Positions 12,262 to 22,776 are shown, numbered from the stretch's first letter. The stretch is DNA of 64,000 nt from a candidate division FCPU426 bacterium (GCA_963840035.1 CAWIXE010000002.1:1536001-1600000), one strand, 5' to 3'. Made by a program: numbers and translations. The notes: a model not told the origin generated them from the letters alone.

Positions 12262-12690
12262 CTATTCTACGGTAATTCCCATGTTCCTTGCCGTGCCTTC
12301 GATCATTTTGACCGCCGACTCAAGCTTTGTCGTGTTTAAATCCGGCATCTTGATCTTCGCGATTTCTATGACCTGGGCTTTTGTAACCTTTGCCACTTTG
12401 ACCTTGTTGGCTTCGCCCGAACCCTTAATGACGTTCGCGGCTTTTTTTAACAATACGGAAGCCGGGGGTGTCTTGATGATAAAGGTAAAGGACCTGTCTT
12501 CAAATACGTCGATTACCGCAGGGAGGATAAGGTCGCCCCTGTCTTTCGTCCTGTCGTTAAACTGCTTGCAGAACTCCATGATATTAACGCCGTGCTGTCC
12601 TAACGCCGGCCCTACGGGCGGCGCCGGGTTGGCTTTTCCGGCCTGGATCTGAAGCTTGATCTGCGTCATTAACTTTTTGCCTTTTGCCAT
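12262..12690 (-). CDS. rplK: 50S ribosomal protein L11
   Basis: [33 protein letters not shown]. Confidence 0.99.
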   Translation of the reverse strand: MAKGKKLMTQIKLQIQAGKANPAPPVGPALGQHGVNIMEFCKQFNDRTKDRGDLILPAVIDVFEDRSFTFIIKTPPASVLLKKAANVIKGSGEANKVKVAKVTKAQVIEIAKIKMPDLNTTKLESAVKMIEGTARNMGITVE

Positions 12691-12792
12691 TTACTTTCTC
12701 CTTCAATATTTTGACGATCCACACGGAACAGTTTCGTCCGCTACGCGATCTAAAAGCCCAACTTCGAACTCCGAACTCAAAACTCCGAACTT

Positions 12793-13344
12793 TTAAACTA
12801 TCTTTTCCACCTGGTCAAACTCGAGTTCGACCGGCGTCGGCCTTCCGAATATGGTTACGATAACCTTCATCTTGCCTTTTTCCGGGGACACTTCCTCCAC
12901 TATTCCGTTAAAGTTCATGAACGGCCCATCGGTAATCTTGATGTGCTCGCCCACTTCGAAATACGAGGCCATCCTGGGTTTCTTTTTCCTGTCTTCCATG
13001 AGGTCCATAATGGACTGCACTTCGGGGTCGGATAAAGGTATAGGCCTTGACTTTGTACCTACGAAGCCGGTAACTTTCGGCGTGTGCCTTAGCACATAAA
13101 GGATTTCCTTGCCTTCTTCGCTGTCAATATCAATGTCCATTTCGACCATGATATATCCGGGAAAGAATTTCTTGTTCCTGATGACCTTTTTCTTTTTCTT
13201 TATTTCGGTCACGTTCTCAGAAGGGATAATAACCTGCGTAATCTTTTCCTGAAGGTTATAAGTCGCTATCCTCTGATCCAGGTTCTCCTTTACGCTGTTT
13301 TCCTGGCCTGCGTAAGTGCTGACTACGTACCATTTCTTAGCCAT
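12793..13344 (-). CDS. nusG: Transcription factor NusG
   Basis: KWYVV, FPGYIMVEM, TPKVTGFVG, KOW domain GPF.NF.G.V, IFGRPTPVEL; start at ATG 13344. Confidence 0.97.
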   Translation of the reverse strand: MAKKWYVVSTYAGQENSVKENLDQRIATYNLQEKITQVIIPSENVTEIKKKKKVIRNKKFFPGYIMVEMDIDIDSEEGKEILYVLRHTPKVTGFVGTKSRPIPLSDPEVQSIMDLMEDRKKKPRMASYFEVGEHIKITDGPFMNFNGIVEEVSPEKGKMKVIVTIFGRPTPVELEFDQVEKIV

Positions 13345-13355
13345 TAAGTTTCTCC

Positions 13356-13541
13356 TTAACCAAAGATAATTTTCACGAGTTTTGCCAGGGCAAAATCGAT
13401 AATACCGAGATAAACCATGAGAATAAGCGCAACAAGCACCACTATCACGGTCGAAGCTATTATCTCTTTCCTGCCCGGCCATGTGACGTTTTTCAGTTCG
13501 CGCCACGAGGCAAGTAAAAATTCTTTAATCTTCTGCATCAT
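13356..13541 (-). CDS. secE: Preprotein translocase subunit SecE
   Basis: ELKNVTWP motif followed by one TM helix; canonical position. Confidence 0.95.
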   Translation of the reverse strand: MMQKIKEFLLASWRELKNVTWPGRKEIIASTVIVVLVALILMVYLGIIDFALAKLVKIIFG

Positions 13542-13809
13542 ACACTCCGTTTTTTGGTTCTACTTTCAGGGCCAGACATGGGCTTTAGCATCAATAAAGC
13601 CTTTAACCCGTCATTCGAACCTTCTTTGTTTCTTCTACTATATAAGGCAGCCGCCCCGGAGAAGCCCGGGAAGGCGCCTTGAAGCCTTTTTAGAACCTTC
13701 CTTACTTTGCCAGAACACTTTCTTTAAACCCTGCAACTTTCGAAAGCCTACATCTTTCGATATCCGAACAGCCGAGCAGCCGAGCGCCAAATTTTGCCTT
13801 TGCAAAATT

Positions 13810-13887
13810 TGGCAGGCCAGGAGGGATTCGAACCCCCAACTCGCAGTTTTGGAGACTGCAGCTCTAGCCAATTGGAGCTACTGGCCT
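13810..13887 (-). tRNA. tRNA-Trp (CCA)
   Basis: AGGCCAGTAGCTCCAATTGG...CTCCAAA...GGTTCGAATCC...CTGGCCTGCCA cloverleaf, encoded CCA end. Confidence 0.97.
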
Positions 13888-13895
13888 ACGTTCAT

Positions 13896-13970
13896 ATTGA
13901 AGATTGTTGAGTGTGGATTGCGGATTGTCTTTGTACATTAATCCGCAATCGTCAATCCACTATCTTCAAT
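13896..13970. repeat. Heptamer-based inverted repeat, copy 1
   Basis: 35 bp (13936-13970) identical to 51816-51850; arms are complementary. Confidence 0.85.
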
Positions 13971-13976
13971 TATTCC

Positions 13977-14126
13977 TTACTTAGTCTCTTTATGCGGTGT
14001 GTGTTTCTTGCACCACTTACAGAACTTTTTTACTTCGAGTTTTTCCTGATGAAGCTTTTTGTTCTTCGTCTGCGTATAGTTCCTTCGTTTGCAGACCGTG
14101 CAGGCCATCGTGATTATCTCTCTCAT
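13977..14126 (-). CDS. rpmG: 50S ribosomal protein L33, Zn-binding type (missing from ORF track)
   Basis: Manual translation [49 protein letters not shown], 49 aa. Confidence 0.97.
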   Translation of the reverse strand: MREIITMACTVCKRRNYTQTKNKKLHQEKLEVKKFCKWCKKHTPHKETK

Positions 14127-14148
14127 ATTATATAGTCATCCTTTTCTT

Positions 14149-15351
14149 TTATTCTACGACTTCGGTAATAACGCCCGAGCCGACTGTCCTGCCGCCCTCG
14201 CGGATGGCGAACCTTAACTCTTTTTCCATGGCTATGGGAGTTATCAACTCAACATCCATAGCAATATTGTCTCCCGGCATAACCATTTCCACTCCTGCCG
14301 GCAGTTTGATTGATCCTGTTACGTCCGTTGTCCTGAAATAGAACTGCGGGCGGTAATTGTTAAAGAACGGCGTGTGACGTCCGCCTTCGTCTTTGTTTAA
14401 CACGTACACCTGGCTTTTGAACTTCTTATGCGGCGTTATCGAGCCCGGCTTGCAGCATACCTGGCCCCTTTCGATATCGTCTTTTTCCACGCCGCGCAGC
14501 AGAAGCCCTACGTTGTCTCCGGCCTGTCCTTCGTCCAGAAGCTTCCTGAACATTTCAACTCCGGTTACAACCGATTTCCTGGTGTCCTTGAATCCTACTA
14601 TCTCGATTTCCTCATTGACTTTAACTTTTCCTCTTTCGATCCTTCCCGTGGCTACTGTGCCGCGGCCCGTGATTGAAAATACGTCCTCAACCGCCATAAG
14701 GAACGGCTTGTCTATCTCCCTCTTGGGTTCAGGTATGAATGTGTCGAGCGCGTCCATCAGGTCAAGGATAGCTTTCGCTTCCGGGCCTTTCGGATCGTTT
14801 AATGCTTTTACTGCCGAGCCCCTGATTACCGGCGTCTTGTCGCCCGGGAACTCGTATTTTTTCAGAAGGTCCCTGATCTCTTCTTCTACCAGGTCTATCA
14901 TTTCCTTATCGTCTACAAGGTCCACCTTATTTAAGAATACCACTATGTGCGGTACTCCTACCTGCCTGGCTAACAGAATGTGCTCCCTTGTCTGCGGCAT
15001 TGGTCCGTCTACCGCTGATACAACCAGGATCGCTCCGTCCATCTGCGCGGCTCCCGTGATCATGTTCTTTACATAGTCAGCGTGGCCCGGGCAGTCAACG
15101 TGCGCGTAGTGCCTCTTTGCCGATGAATACTCCACGTGCGATGTCGCGATCGTCAATATCTTTGTCGCGTCCCTGCGGCCCTGCGACGCCGATGCTTTCG
15201 CCACTTCGTCGTACGGTATGTACGTTGCCATTCCCTGCGCTGCCATTACGTTCGTAATAGCCGCTGTCAGTGTCGTCTTGCCGTGGTCTACATGTCCGAT
15301 CGTTCCCACGTTTACGTGCGGTTTCGTCCTGTCAAATTTCTGTTTACCCAT
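14149..15351 (-). CDS. tuf: Elongation factor Tu with variant switch I
   Basis: [37 protein letters not shown]. Confidence 0.99.
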   Translation of the reverse strand: MGKQKFDRTKPHVNVGTIGHVDHGKTTLTAAITNVMAAQGMATYIPYDEVAKASASQGRRDATKILTIATSHVEYSSAKRHYAHVDCPGHADYVKNMITGAAQMDGAILVVSAVDGPMPQTREHILLARQVGVPHIVVFLNKVDLVDDKEMIDLVEEEIRDLLKKYEFPGDKTPVIRGSAVKALNDPKGPEAKAILDLMDALDTFIPEPKREIDKPFLMAVEDVFSITGRGTVATGRIERGKVKVNEEIEIVGFKDTRKSVVTGVEMFRKLLDEGQAGDNVGLLLRGVEKDDIERGQVCCKPGSITPHKKFKSQVYVLNKDEGGRHTPFFNNYRPQFYFRTTDVTGSIKLPAGVEMVMPGDNIAMDVELITPIAMEKELRFAIREGGRTVGSGVITEVVE

Positions 15352-15498
15352 TTTCCTTCCTCCTGAAAATATTTTTTAAATTTTATATTCACTTCATGCG
15401 AAACTTTTTTTCTCCGGACCGAAAATCGAAATTCCTCGACTTCATTTCTCGATTCTCGATTCTCAATTCCCGGCGAAAACTGCTTCGCAGTTTTCAGC

Positions 15499-15575
15499 TG
15501 GAGCCCTCGATCGGAGTCGAACCGACGACCTCATCCTTACCAAGGATGCGCTCTTACCAACTGAGCTACAAGGGC
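15499..15575 (-). tRNA. tRNA-Thr (GGT)
   Basis: GCCCTTGTAGCTCAGTTGGTAAGAGC...TTGGTAA...GGTTCGACTCC...GGGCTCCA. Confidence 0.97.
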
Positions 15576-15709
15576 AAAAAAAAATTATAAAAAAAATAAT
15601 AAACGCCGCACGCACCTATCCCGTGAGGCTCAAATCAATATCTTCTCTGCAAATCTCCTTATTTATATACATAAAAAAATAAGCTCTACACAAAAACTGT
15701 AGAGGCTAA

Positions 15710-15738
15710 AGAATATCAAATCCGTAAATACTTGTCAA
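15710..15738 (-). promoter_or_regulatory. Promoter for tRNA-Thr/tuf operon
   Basis: TTGACA-N17-TATTCT with extended -10 TG. Confidence 0.7.
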
Positions 15739-15947
15739 CCATTATTTTGCATTTTTGAGGCCTTAAATCCGGCCAAAAGCCTCTGAAAAACCGGTTTTTA
15801 CTAAAAATTGCTAAAACCCCCATATTTTAAGCCGCTTTATGTAATCATTACAATATGGCCCGTCCGCGCTCAAAAACAAAAAAACCGGAAGAACCGCTCC
15901 GGTGTATTTAATCCCGTTAAAAAAAATGAAAAAACCTGTTTGCTTAT

Positions 15948-16634
15948 CTATGGAGTGAACTTGACATTGTCCAAAAAGAAACGCACATAATTCCGCGCAT
16001 TGTTCGGCCCTGCTATCCTTAAAATAAATTCTATCTTTCCTAAGTCCGCGCATATCTCCTGTACCGTGCCCGAAGTAAGCATGGCAAAATCACTCAGCTG
16101 CAGGTCAAAATCCTGCCAGGCCGGGGTAAGGTTAAGCGCTGAGTATTCCATGTACTTTGCTCCGGACGAATCATATATGCGGATGAAATATTCCATATCG
16201 GCGTTCTGGTACAGGTGGTAATAATTGCATAACGCGCTGAATTTAAAACGCTTATAACCTTTTTCAATTGTAACATTAATGCCGGCGCCGCCGTTGTCTA
16301 CAGTACCGCATGCCACATCAGCACTGCCGATAAAGTTTCCCCCAAGGTATTGCGTAGCTTTCACGGTAACAGTCACCCCTAAGGAATAACTGCCGTATTG
16401 CGCAGGAGGCTGGCTTATAACCCCGAATGACTGCATTGAACTGCCGAATGATAAATCATACAGCCATTGATTTTCCGGCGGGCTTATCATATTGGTAAGG
16501 TTGTTGTCTTCAAAGTCGTCTACGCTCACAGCTGAAACAACCTGCGCAGGCGCTGAAGGGTTGTTTTTCTGGCAGCCTGTTTCCATTACCAGCGAAGAAA
16601 ACAGTATCATGAACAAAATTATCATTTTTTTCAT
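15948..16634 (-). CDS. Lipoprotein with probable carbohydrate-binding (CBM11/CIA30-like) jelly-roll domain
   Basis: Signal peptide ending TGC; VDDFED, WQDFDLQLSDF, FFLDNVKF motifs. Confidence 0.65.
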   Translation of the reverse strand: MKKMIILFMILFSSLVMETGCQKNNPSAPAQVVSAVSVDDFEDNNLTNMISPPENQWLYDLSFGSSMQSFGVISQPPAQYGSYSLGVTVTVKATQYLGGNFIGSADVACGTVDNGGAGINVTIEKGYKRFKFSALCNYYHLYQNADMEYFIRIYDSSGAKYMEYSALNLTPAWQDFDLQLSDFAMLTSGTVQEICADLGKIEFILRIAGPNNARNYVRFFLDNVKFTP

Positions 16635-16709
16635 TACATTCACCGCGTGTTATATGATAGGAGTTTTTAGCAAATTTAGCCCTTATTCCCGCTTACAACT
16701 TTCATACTA

Positions 16710-16738
16710 ATTATAAGCAGTAAGCCTGCAAATGTCAA
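16710..16738 (-). promoter_or_regulatory. Promoter for the lipoprotein gene
   Basis: Perfect TTGACA-N17-TATAAT on minus strand. Confidence 0.75.
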
Positions 16739-16826
16739 TTTTTTCGTGTTTTTAGCCATCTGGGGAAAGAAAAAAACAGCTTTACGAAACACGCCTGAGC
16801 CGCCATTTATACAGGCCTAAAAAGAC

Positions 16827-16855
16827 TTGCAAAATATGGGTAAATTTTCTATAAT
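16827..16855 (+). promoter_or_regulatory. Promoter for ppiD-like gene (divergent)
   Basis: TTGCAA-N17-TATAAT. Confidence 0.7.
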
Positions 16856-16930
16856 AAACACTGTTTTATTAAAGGGTTTTCAATTTCAAATTTAAAATTT
16901 CAAATTTTAAATTTACAAGAGGTGTTCATC

Positions 16931-18388
16931 ATGATGAAGACAATGCGTGAAAACGCAAAGGTAGTTCTTTGGATTGTTCTTTCAGCTTTTATGGTTACCA
17001 TTGTGGCTGTATGGGGCGCGAAGGAAGCGTTTCTCGACCCTAAATCAAACCCAGATGCTATCGCGAAAGTCGGCAAGGAATTTGTCACTTATACCCAGCT
17101 TGGTGAGGCCTGGCAGAACAAACTGCAGCAGCTCTATGACCAGGGCATAAAAGTCACCGACGAAAAGGAAAAAGAGCTTAAAAAAGAACTTCTAAATCAG
17201 ATAATCGAAAGGCAGCTTTTGATCGGCTACGCAGCCAAACTCGGCGTGCTTGTTTCAGACGAGGAAGTTGCCCAGTCCATCGCCGGCATACAGGCCTTCA
17301 ATGATAAAGGGGTCTTTAATAAGGAACGCTACATGCAGTACCTGTCCAGCTCCAGGATCAGGCCGGAAGACTTCGAAAACGAACAGAAACTTTCAATAGT
17401 GCTTGTAAAACTCCGTAATCAGCTCATCGCCGGAGTCAAGGTAACCACCGATGAATTGCGCTCATATTTCATGAAGCGCGAAAGAAAAATAACCGTTAAC
17501 TACGCTTACTTCAATTACAAGAACTTCTTAAGCGACATAAAGATTGACGAGGAAAAATTAAAAGATTACTACGCAGTCAACAGGAAGAACTACGAAAAGC
17601 CGGACCGTGTTAAGGCCGAACACATACTCATCAGGCCTGACGCATCCGCCACATCGCCCACCGGAAGGACCGAAGATGGCGCAAAGGCATTTGCCGAGGA
17701 ACTCTTAAAGAAGATTAAAGCCGGGGAGTCATTTGAAGCCCTGGCAAAGAAATATTCCCAGGATCCGGGCTCCGCTTCAAGGGGCGGCGACCTCGACTGG
17801 TTCTCAAAAGGGGCTATGGTTCCTGAATTTGAGAACGCGGCTTTTGCGCTTAAGACCGGAGAGGTAAGCCCGGTCATAAAGACGCAGTTCGGATATCACA
17901 TCATCAAAACAACTGGCCATGAAGCAGGCTTTGAGCCCACTTTCATAAAAGTCCGCTCAAAAGTCCTGGCTGAAATGCAGAAACAGGAAGGCTTAAAGAT
18001 GATGAAAGAAAAAGCCGAAGCCATGAAATCAGAGATAACTGACGCGGCTTCCATGGATAAGCTGGCCCAGAAGTACAAAGTACCGGTCATGACATCCCCT
18101 TCATTTAACGACGGTTCCAAGCTCGACTCCTTTTCAGCCGAATTCAAGGATACAATGCTTGACTTAAACAGGAACGACATCTCACCGGTCATAACAGGCG
18201 AAAACGGCTTCTACATCGGCAGGATAGTTTCCGAGTCAGCGGGCGCTTTTGACGAGAATACATTCAAAAAGAAATCAGCGGAACTTGATTCAAAGCTGAA
18301 ATCGATCAAATACAGCCAGATACAGAAGGATCTTGTCGAAAAGCTCAAGGCAGAGGGAAAAGTGGAGATTTTCGAAAAGAACATATAA
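16931..18388 (+). CDS. PpiD/SurA-family parvulin peptidyl-prolyl isomerase
   Basis: N-terminal TM, SurA_N helical domain, AEHILI...FEALAKKYSQD.GS..RGGDL...FE.AAF...FGYHII. Confidence 0.9.
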   Translation: MMKTMRENAKVVLWIVLSAFMVTIVAVWGAKEAFLDPKSNPDAIAKVGKEFVTYTQLGEAWQNKLQQLYDQGIKVTDEKEKELKKELLNQIIERQLLIGYAAKLGVLVSDEEVAQSIAGIQAFNDKGVFNKERYMQYLSSSRIRPEDFENEQKLSIVLVKLRNQLIAGVKVTTDELRSYFMKRERKITVNYAYFNYKNFLSDIKIDEEKLKDYYAVNRKNYEKPDRVKAEHILIRPDASATSPTGRTEDGAKAFAEELLKKIKAGESFEALAKKYSQDPGSASRGGDLDWFSKGAMVPEFENAAFALKTGEVSPVIKTQFGYHIIKTTGHEAGFEPTFIKVRSKVLAEMQKQEGLKMMKEKAEAMKSEITDAASMDKLAQKYKVPVMTSPSFNDGSKLDSFSAEFKDTMLDLNRNDISPVITGENGFYIGRIVSESAGAFDENTFKKKSAELDSKLKSIKYSQIQKDLVEKLKAEGKVEIFEKNI

Positions 18389-18419
18389 AATAAACTTAAA
18401 AGTTTAAAACTTAAAACTG

Positions 18420-18452
18420 AAAGCTGGGGCATAAGTGCTCCAGCTTTCTTTT
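18420..18452 (+). terminator. Intrinsic terminator between convergent ppiD and maf
   Basis: aaagctggggca-taag-tgctccagcttt followed by T-rich tail. Confidence 0.7.
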
Positions 18453-18492
18453 TACCTCAACTTTCAGTTTTCAGCTTTAAGTTTCAGACATA

Positions 18493-19071
18493 TCAAAGCT
18501 TATTCCACATCTTCAACACCCGCTTAACTTTTTCTATCGGAAGGCCCACAACATTATAATACGATCCTTTGATCCTCTTTATGAACGGGTCTGAATTCTC
18601 CTGGACAGCATAAGCGCCTGCCTTATCCATGACATGGTTTGTCTCTATATAGTTCCTGATCCATGCCGGGGAAAGCTTTCTGAAAGTAACATAGGACCTG
18701 TCATAAGTAACGAGCGTTTTGCCGTCCGCTGCGTTTATAAAAGCCACTGCCGTAACAACACAGTGCGTGTTCCTGCTTAAATCAAAAAGTGTCTTATATG
18801 CGTGTTCCTTAGACTTGGGTTTGCCTATTACGCGCCCTTTTAAGACCACAATAGTATCCGACCCTAATATCAGGCCTTTCTTTATTTTCGGCAGTACTGA
18901 AAACGCTTTTACATACGCGAGACGACACGCAATTTCTACCGGGTCCTTCCCTATAAGGCCGCGCATTTCCTCATCTTCATCCGCAGTCGGCTTTACAAAT
19001 GAATACTTTATGCCGAATTGTTTTAGTATCTGATGACGCCGGGGAGATGTGGACGCGAGAATGATCTTCAC
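18493..19071 (-). CDS. maf: Maf-family NTP pyrophosphatase
   Basis: IILASTSPRR, GSDTIV, GKP, DKAGAY, GSYYNVVGLP. Confidence 0.93.
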   Translation of the reverse strand: MKIILASTSPRRHQILKQFGIKYSFVKPTADEDEEMRGLIGKDPVEIACRLAYVKAFSVLPKIKKGLILGSDTIVVLKGRVIGKPKSKEHAYKTLFDLSRNTHCVVTAVAFINAADGKTLVTYDRSYVTFRKLSPAWIRNYIETNHVMDKAGAYAVQENSDPFIKRIKGSYYNVVGLPIEKVKRVLKMWNKL

Positions 19072-19111
19072 TTTTCATACCTTCCTTATTTGATGAGATA
19101 TGTCCGGGGTT

Positions 19112-20104
19112 TTAAAACTTGCCGTGGATCGCGGTGCCGCAGTACTTGCACTTGCCTTTGTCCATACCCGTTACTTCAACTTTCATCCATTCCCTTTTAA
19201 TGACCGCCTTGGAACAATTGGGGCAAAAAGTATCCCCTCCGCCGGTTTCAGACGGCACATTGCCTATATATACATATTTCAATTTTTTCTTCGCCTTTTC
19301 ATAAGCTCCCTGCAGTATCTCTATCTGAGTCGGGTCTATATTCATCTTATACTGGGGAAAGTACCTGGAAAAATGAAGCGGTATATCAGGCGATATCTCC
19401 GCCACCATATCGACGACCATATCCACATCATCCTTGTCATTAAGTGTGGGTATTATCATGTTTGTGACTTCCACATGGACGCCTGCCTCATGGGCCAATT
19501 TGATGGTCCTTAAGACCGGAGCGAGCTGCCCGCCGCAAACTTCGCGGTAAAAATTCTCCTGGCCGGCTTTTAAATCTATGTTCATTGCGTCTGTTACCGT
19601 CAGCATATCCTTTAACGGCTCTTCCGAAACAAACCCGTTTGTGACAAGGACGTTTTTTAACCCCTTTTCCCTGGCTATGACCGATACATCATAAACAAAT
19701 TCATGCCAGATGAAAGGTTCATTATATGTATAGGCTATCCCGAGCGACTTATTTTCGATCGCTATCCCTATGATGTCCTCTTTTTCAAAATGTTCCGTGG
19801 CCACTTCCTGCTGGGATATCTGCCAGTTCTGGCAAAAAGTGCATTTGAAATTGCATCCCCATGTGCCTATGGAAAATATCTGCGTTCCGGGGTAAAAATT
19901 GTACAGGGGCTTTTTTTCTATGGGATCCATGGCGTACGATGTAAGCTCGCCATATATTTTCGTGAATAAAGTGCCGTCTTTATTATACCTGGCCTTGCAT
20001 ATGCCGGCCTTATTATTGGCCAGAAAACACCTGTGCGGGCAGAGCACGCACCGCGTCTTGTTTACAGGTTCTTTTTTATAATACCTTGCTTCAAAATCCG
20101 CCAA
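19112..20104 (-). CDS. amrS: AmmeMemoRadiSam system radical SAM enzyme
   Basis: CVLCPHRC, DPIEKKPLYNFYPG, GCNFKCTFCQNWQISQ, YTYNEP, PLHFSRYFP. Confidence 0.9.
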   Translation of the reverse strand: MADFEARYYKKEPVNKTRCVLCPHRCFLANNKAGICKARYNKDGTLFTKIYGELTSYAMDPIEKKPLYNFYPGTQIFSIGTWGCNFKCTFCQNWQISQQEVATEHFEKEDIIGIAIENKSLGIAYTYNEPFIWHEFVYDVSVIAREKGLKNVLVTNGFVSEEPLKDMLTVTDAMNIDLKAGQENFYREVCGGQLAPVLRTIKLAHEAGVHVEVTNMIIPTLNDKDDVDMVVDMVAEISPDIPLHFSRYFPQYKMNIDPTQIEILQGAYEKAKKKLKYVYIGNVPSETGGGDTFCPNCSKAVIKREWMKVEVTGMDKGKCKYCGTAIHGKF

Positions 20105-20205
20105 AACAAACCCCCAAAAGAAATCTCAATTATCTCATTAGTCTCAACGATCTCAAAAGTCATTCCTGCTCACCACCAACTTCCCACAACCAACTTGCCT
20201 TCAGT

Positions 20206-20787
20206 TCAACGTTTTTCAGCCACCACGTAGTAGTCCGGCGGCTCATTTTTTATGCCGGTTAACGCGTCCTTAACAAGCCTTAACGCTTTCTTAAACGGCG
20301 AGCTGTCCCAGCTTTCTTCATCAGGCCCGGAAGCAATTACCTTAAAACCTGCTTCCCCGAGCATCTCCGCGATCTCATCCGGAGCGTAAGGCTTAACATG
20401 CGTTTTGTCCTTCCAGAACTCGCTTGTTGCCACCCCTATGTTTTTTATATTCGGCAGTATAGCCACAAGTTTTCCCTTTTTCGCCAGAAGCCTGTGCGCG
20501 TTTTTCATAAGCCTGCGCAGGTCATTGCCTGTAAAGTGTTCCATGATATGCCTGGCATAAATACCGCGGTATTTTCCGGCCTTTTCCTTGTTTAAGAAAA
20601 CCGGAATGTCCTTTTTAAATACTTTTATACCTTTAATGTCCGCCGGGTTCCTGTCAACACCGCAGGCCGGGACGCCTTTTTCAGCGCAAAGCGTGAGAAA
20701 ATCCCCGCAGCCGCTTCCAAGCTCCAGTAACGGGCCTTTTGCGTCAAAAAACGACAAATACTTAACCTGCTTTTGTTTATTGTCCAT
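20206..20787 (-). CDS. Class I SAM-dependent methyltransferase
   Basis: LLELGSGCG motif I, HIMEHF, FWKDKTHVKPY. Confidence 0.85.
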   Translation of the reverse strand: MDNKQKQVKYLSFFDAKGPLLELGSGCGDFLTLCAEKGVPACGVDRNPADIKGIKVFKKDIPVFLNKEKAGKYRGIYARHIMEHFTGNDLRRLMKNAHRLLAKKGKLVAILPNIKNIGVATSEFWKDKTHVKPYAPDEIAEMLGEAGFKVIASGPDEESWDSSPFKKALRLVKDALTGIKNEPPDYYVVAEKR

Positions 20788-21850
20788 TTTTCTGCCCGTC
20801 AAGAAGGTATTTTAAGAATTTTTTAGCTTCGGATTTCCAGTTATAATTATCACTTATAAATTTATACCCTTTTTCGCCTTTTTTATCAAGACTTTTTATG
20901 CCCTTTTTAATCACAGCGCCAAAAGCGGCCGGGTCAGGTTTTGACAGGAATATAAAATCCTTAAAAATCTTTATTTCGCCGACATTTGTGGCAATTACTC
21001 TTTTACCCAGCGCTATATATTCCCTGAGTTTCATTGAAGCCCTGAAATTATTGACCGGTTCCGCTCTGTAATAGACCAAGCATACATCCGACGCAAGGGC
21101 GTGCGCGGCAGCGGCTCCAGGCGTCAACTGCCCAAGAAACACCACCCGTTCTGACATTCCCATTTTTTCCGCCATTGACATATAATAATGAAGCAGCGGC
21201 CCGCCTCCCGCCACTACCAGTACAATGTTTTCATCCTTAATACCCTGAATTGAGCTGAAAATATCCTCAAGATAACTGGCAATATTCAGGTGGGCCATGT
21301 AAAAAAGGATTGTTTTGCCATTATAGCCTTTTCTTATGCCTGCCGCCATTTTTTTCAACCCGGCAGATACCCTGAAATATTCAAGGTCAACGCACTGCTT
21401 TAGGCTGTAAATTTTCCCTTTAAACTGCGGATGATCCGCTTCAATTAGCTTTATAAGTGAGGAATTATGTGAAGTGAGCAGGTCCGCGGTTCTAATCATG
21501 GCTTCCTGCAGTTTCTTTATGATAGCCGAGAGGATTCCGCCTCTGTAACCGTAATCAAGGTCGTCAATATCTATAATTATCCTGGCGCCCTTTGCTTTAA
21601 GCATCAGCGCCGGCAATACCGTATTCGGATATGGTTTTACTATAATAACAGCGTCATACCTGCTGTTCATTAGCGCAAAGAAATAGTAAACGAGCGATAA
21701 CAGGAAATCAAACATGAATGGCATACTTTTAAAAGGCGGTTCTATGTAAGCAGTTTCCGCATTATGCCCCTTTAAGTTCTTATATATATAGAAAGCCCTG
21801 AGGTTTGACCCGGTATTCCTGGCCTGTGATGAAAGCACCAGTATTTTCAT
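20777..21850 (-). CDS. Glycosyltransferase family 4
   Basis: GT-B fold: VAGGGP, FLGQL, MKLREYIALGK.VIATNVG, NW near C-terminus. Confidence 0.85.
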   Translation of the reverse strand: MKILVLSSQARNTGSNLRAFYIYKNLKGHNAETAYIEPPFKSMPFMFDFLLSLVYYFFALMNSRYDAVIIVKPYPNTVLPALMLKAKGARIIIDIDDLDYGYRGGILSAIIKKLQEAMIRTADLLTSHNSSLIKLIEADHPQFKGKIYSLKQCVDLEYFRVSAGLKKMAAGIRKGYNGKTILFYMAHLNIASYLEDIFSSIQGIKDENIVLVVAGGGPLLHYYMSMAEKMGMSERVVFLGQLTPGAAAAHALASDVCLVYYRAEPVNNFRASMKLREYIALGKRVIATNVGEIKIFKDFIFLSKPDPAAFGAVIKKGIKSLDKKGEKGYKFISDNYNWKSEAKKFLKYLLDGQKNGQ

Positions 21851-22776
21851 GAACGCGCCTTCTTTATCTTTATTTCACGGCTTAAATTCCTGTTCTGCAG
21901 GTTAAATGAGGTAAAAATGCCGTAAATAGAACCCGCGCCGTATGACACATGCAGGAGGAAGAACGAAAGAATAGACATAAAAAAGGAAGGCAGGTATTTT
22001 AATTGCCTGAAAATGACGTAAGAAAAGTAAACGGTCCCGGCCGCGTAAAGCAGCAATGGCAGGAAATCAGCCGCGCCGAAAAGCAGCTCGGAAAAAAGGT
22101 AAATGACAAAAAAGGCCGGTATGAAGTTTATGACATCCTCCGGTTTGAACCTGACCGCCGACTGCTCGGCCCTGCCCCTGCCGTAATTAAAGCACTGTTT
22201 TATAAAAGCCGGATAATCACGCCTTTTGGACCTGTATACAAATATATCGGGGTCATACACAAGGCTTAATCCAGAATCTTTAAACCTGGAGAGCAGTTCA
22301 TTCTCTTCATTTGGATATAATTTTTCATTAAAACCGCCCGCCTCGGTAAAAACCGTCTTTCTTATGAACATGTTGCAGAGTATGAGTTCCTTCTCGTCCG
22401 TCTGCCTGCGGCTGCCTTTCTTAGCGTACCTGGCGCTGCTTTTTCCCGCGGCCCAGGGGCTGGCAAAAGCCGCGCCGAATACCTTCTGCAGCAGGGAGTC
22501 GCTTTCAGGCGCGAGTTCAGGCCCTCCTAATACCGCAAGCCCGGAGTCTTTTGAGAAGATTTCTTCGGCCGCTTTAAGCATACCTGCCGGCACGACCGTA
22601 TCGTCGTCCATGAAATATATGACATCGCCTGCGGCCTCATTGACGCCGCAGTTGCGCTGATATGAGGGATTCTTCCCTTCAACCAGTATTATTTCATACC
22701 CTATGTTCGCGCCGAGGTTTTTTATTACTTTTTCCCCGTCCGCTAGGCTCCTTACCGCAGAAACAATTGATATCAT
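21847..22776 (-). CDS. Glycosyltransferase family 2 with C-terminal TM helices
   Basis: QRNCG, YFMDDD, GGFNE, EENEL, Q..NYG.GR. Confidence 0.85.
   Translation of the reverse strand: MISIVSAVRSLADGEKVIKNLGANIGYEIILVEGKNPSYQRNCGVNEAAGDVIYFMDDDTVVPAGMLKAAEEIFSKDSGLAVLGGPELAPESDSLLQKVFGAAFASPWAAGKSSARYAKKGSRRQTDEKELILCNMFIRKTVFTEAGGFNEKLYPNEENELLSRFKDSGLSLVYDPDIFVYRSKRRDYPAFIKQCFNYGRGRAEQSAVRFKPEDVINFIPAFFVIYLFSELLFGAADFLPLLLYAAGTVYFSYVIFRQLKYLPSFFMSILSFFLLHVSYGAGSIYGIFTSFNLQNRNLSREIKIKKARS

Noticed and set aside
13638..13871. 77-aa ORF
   Set aside because: Starts inside tRNA-Trp; no RBS or motif
15614..15624. acctatcccgt shared with 43610-43620, both in leader regions
   Set aside because: An 11-bp match is expected by chance in 64 kb; no further similarity
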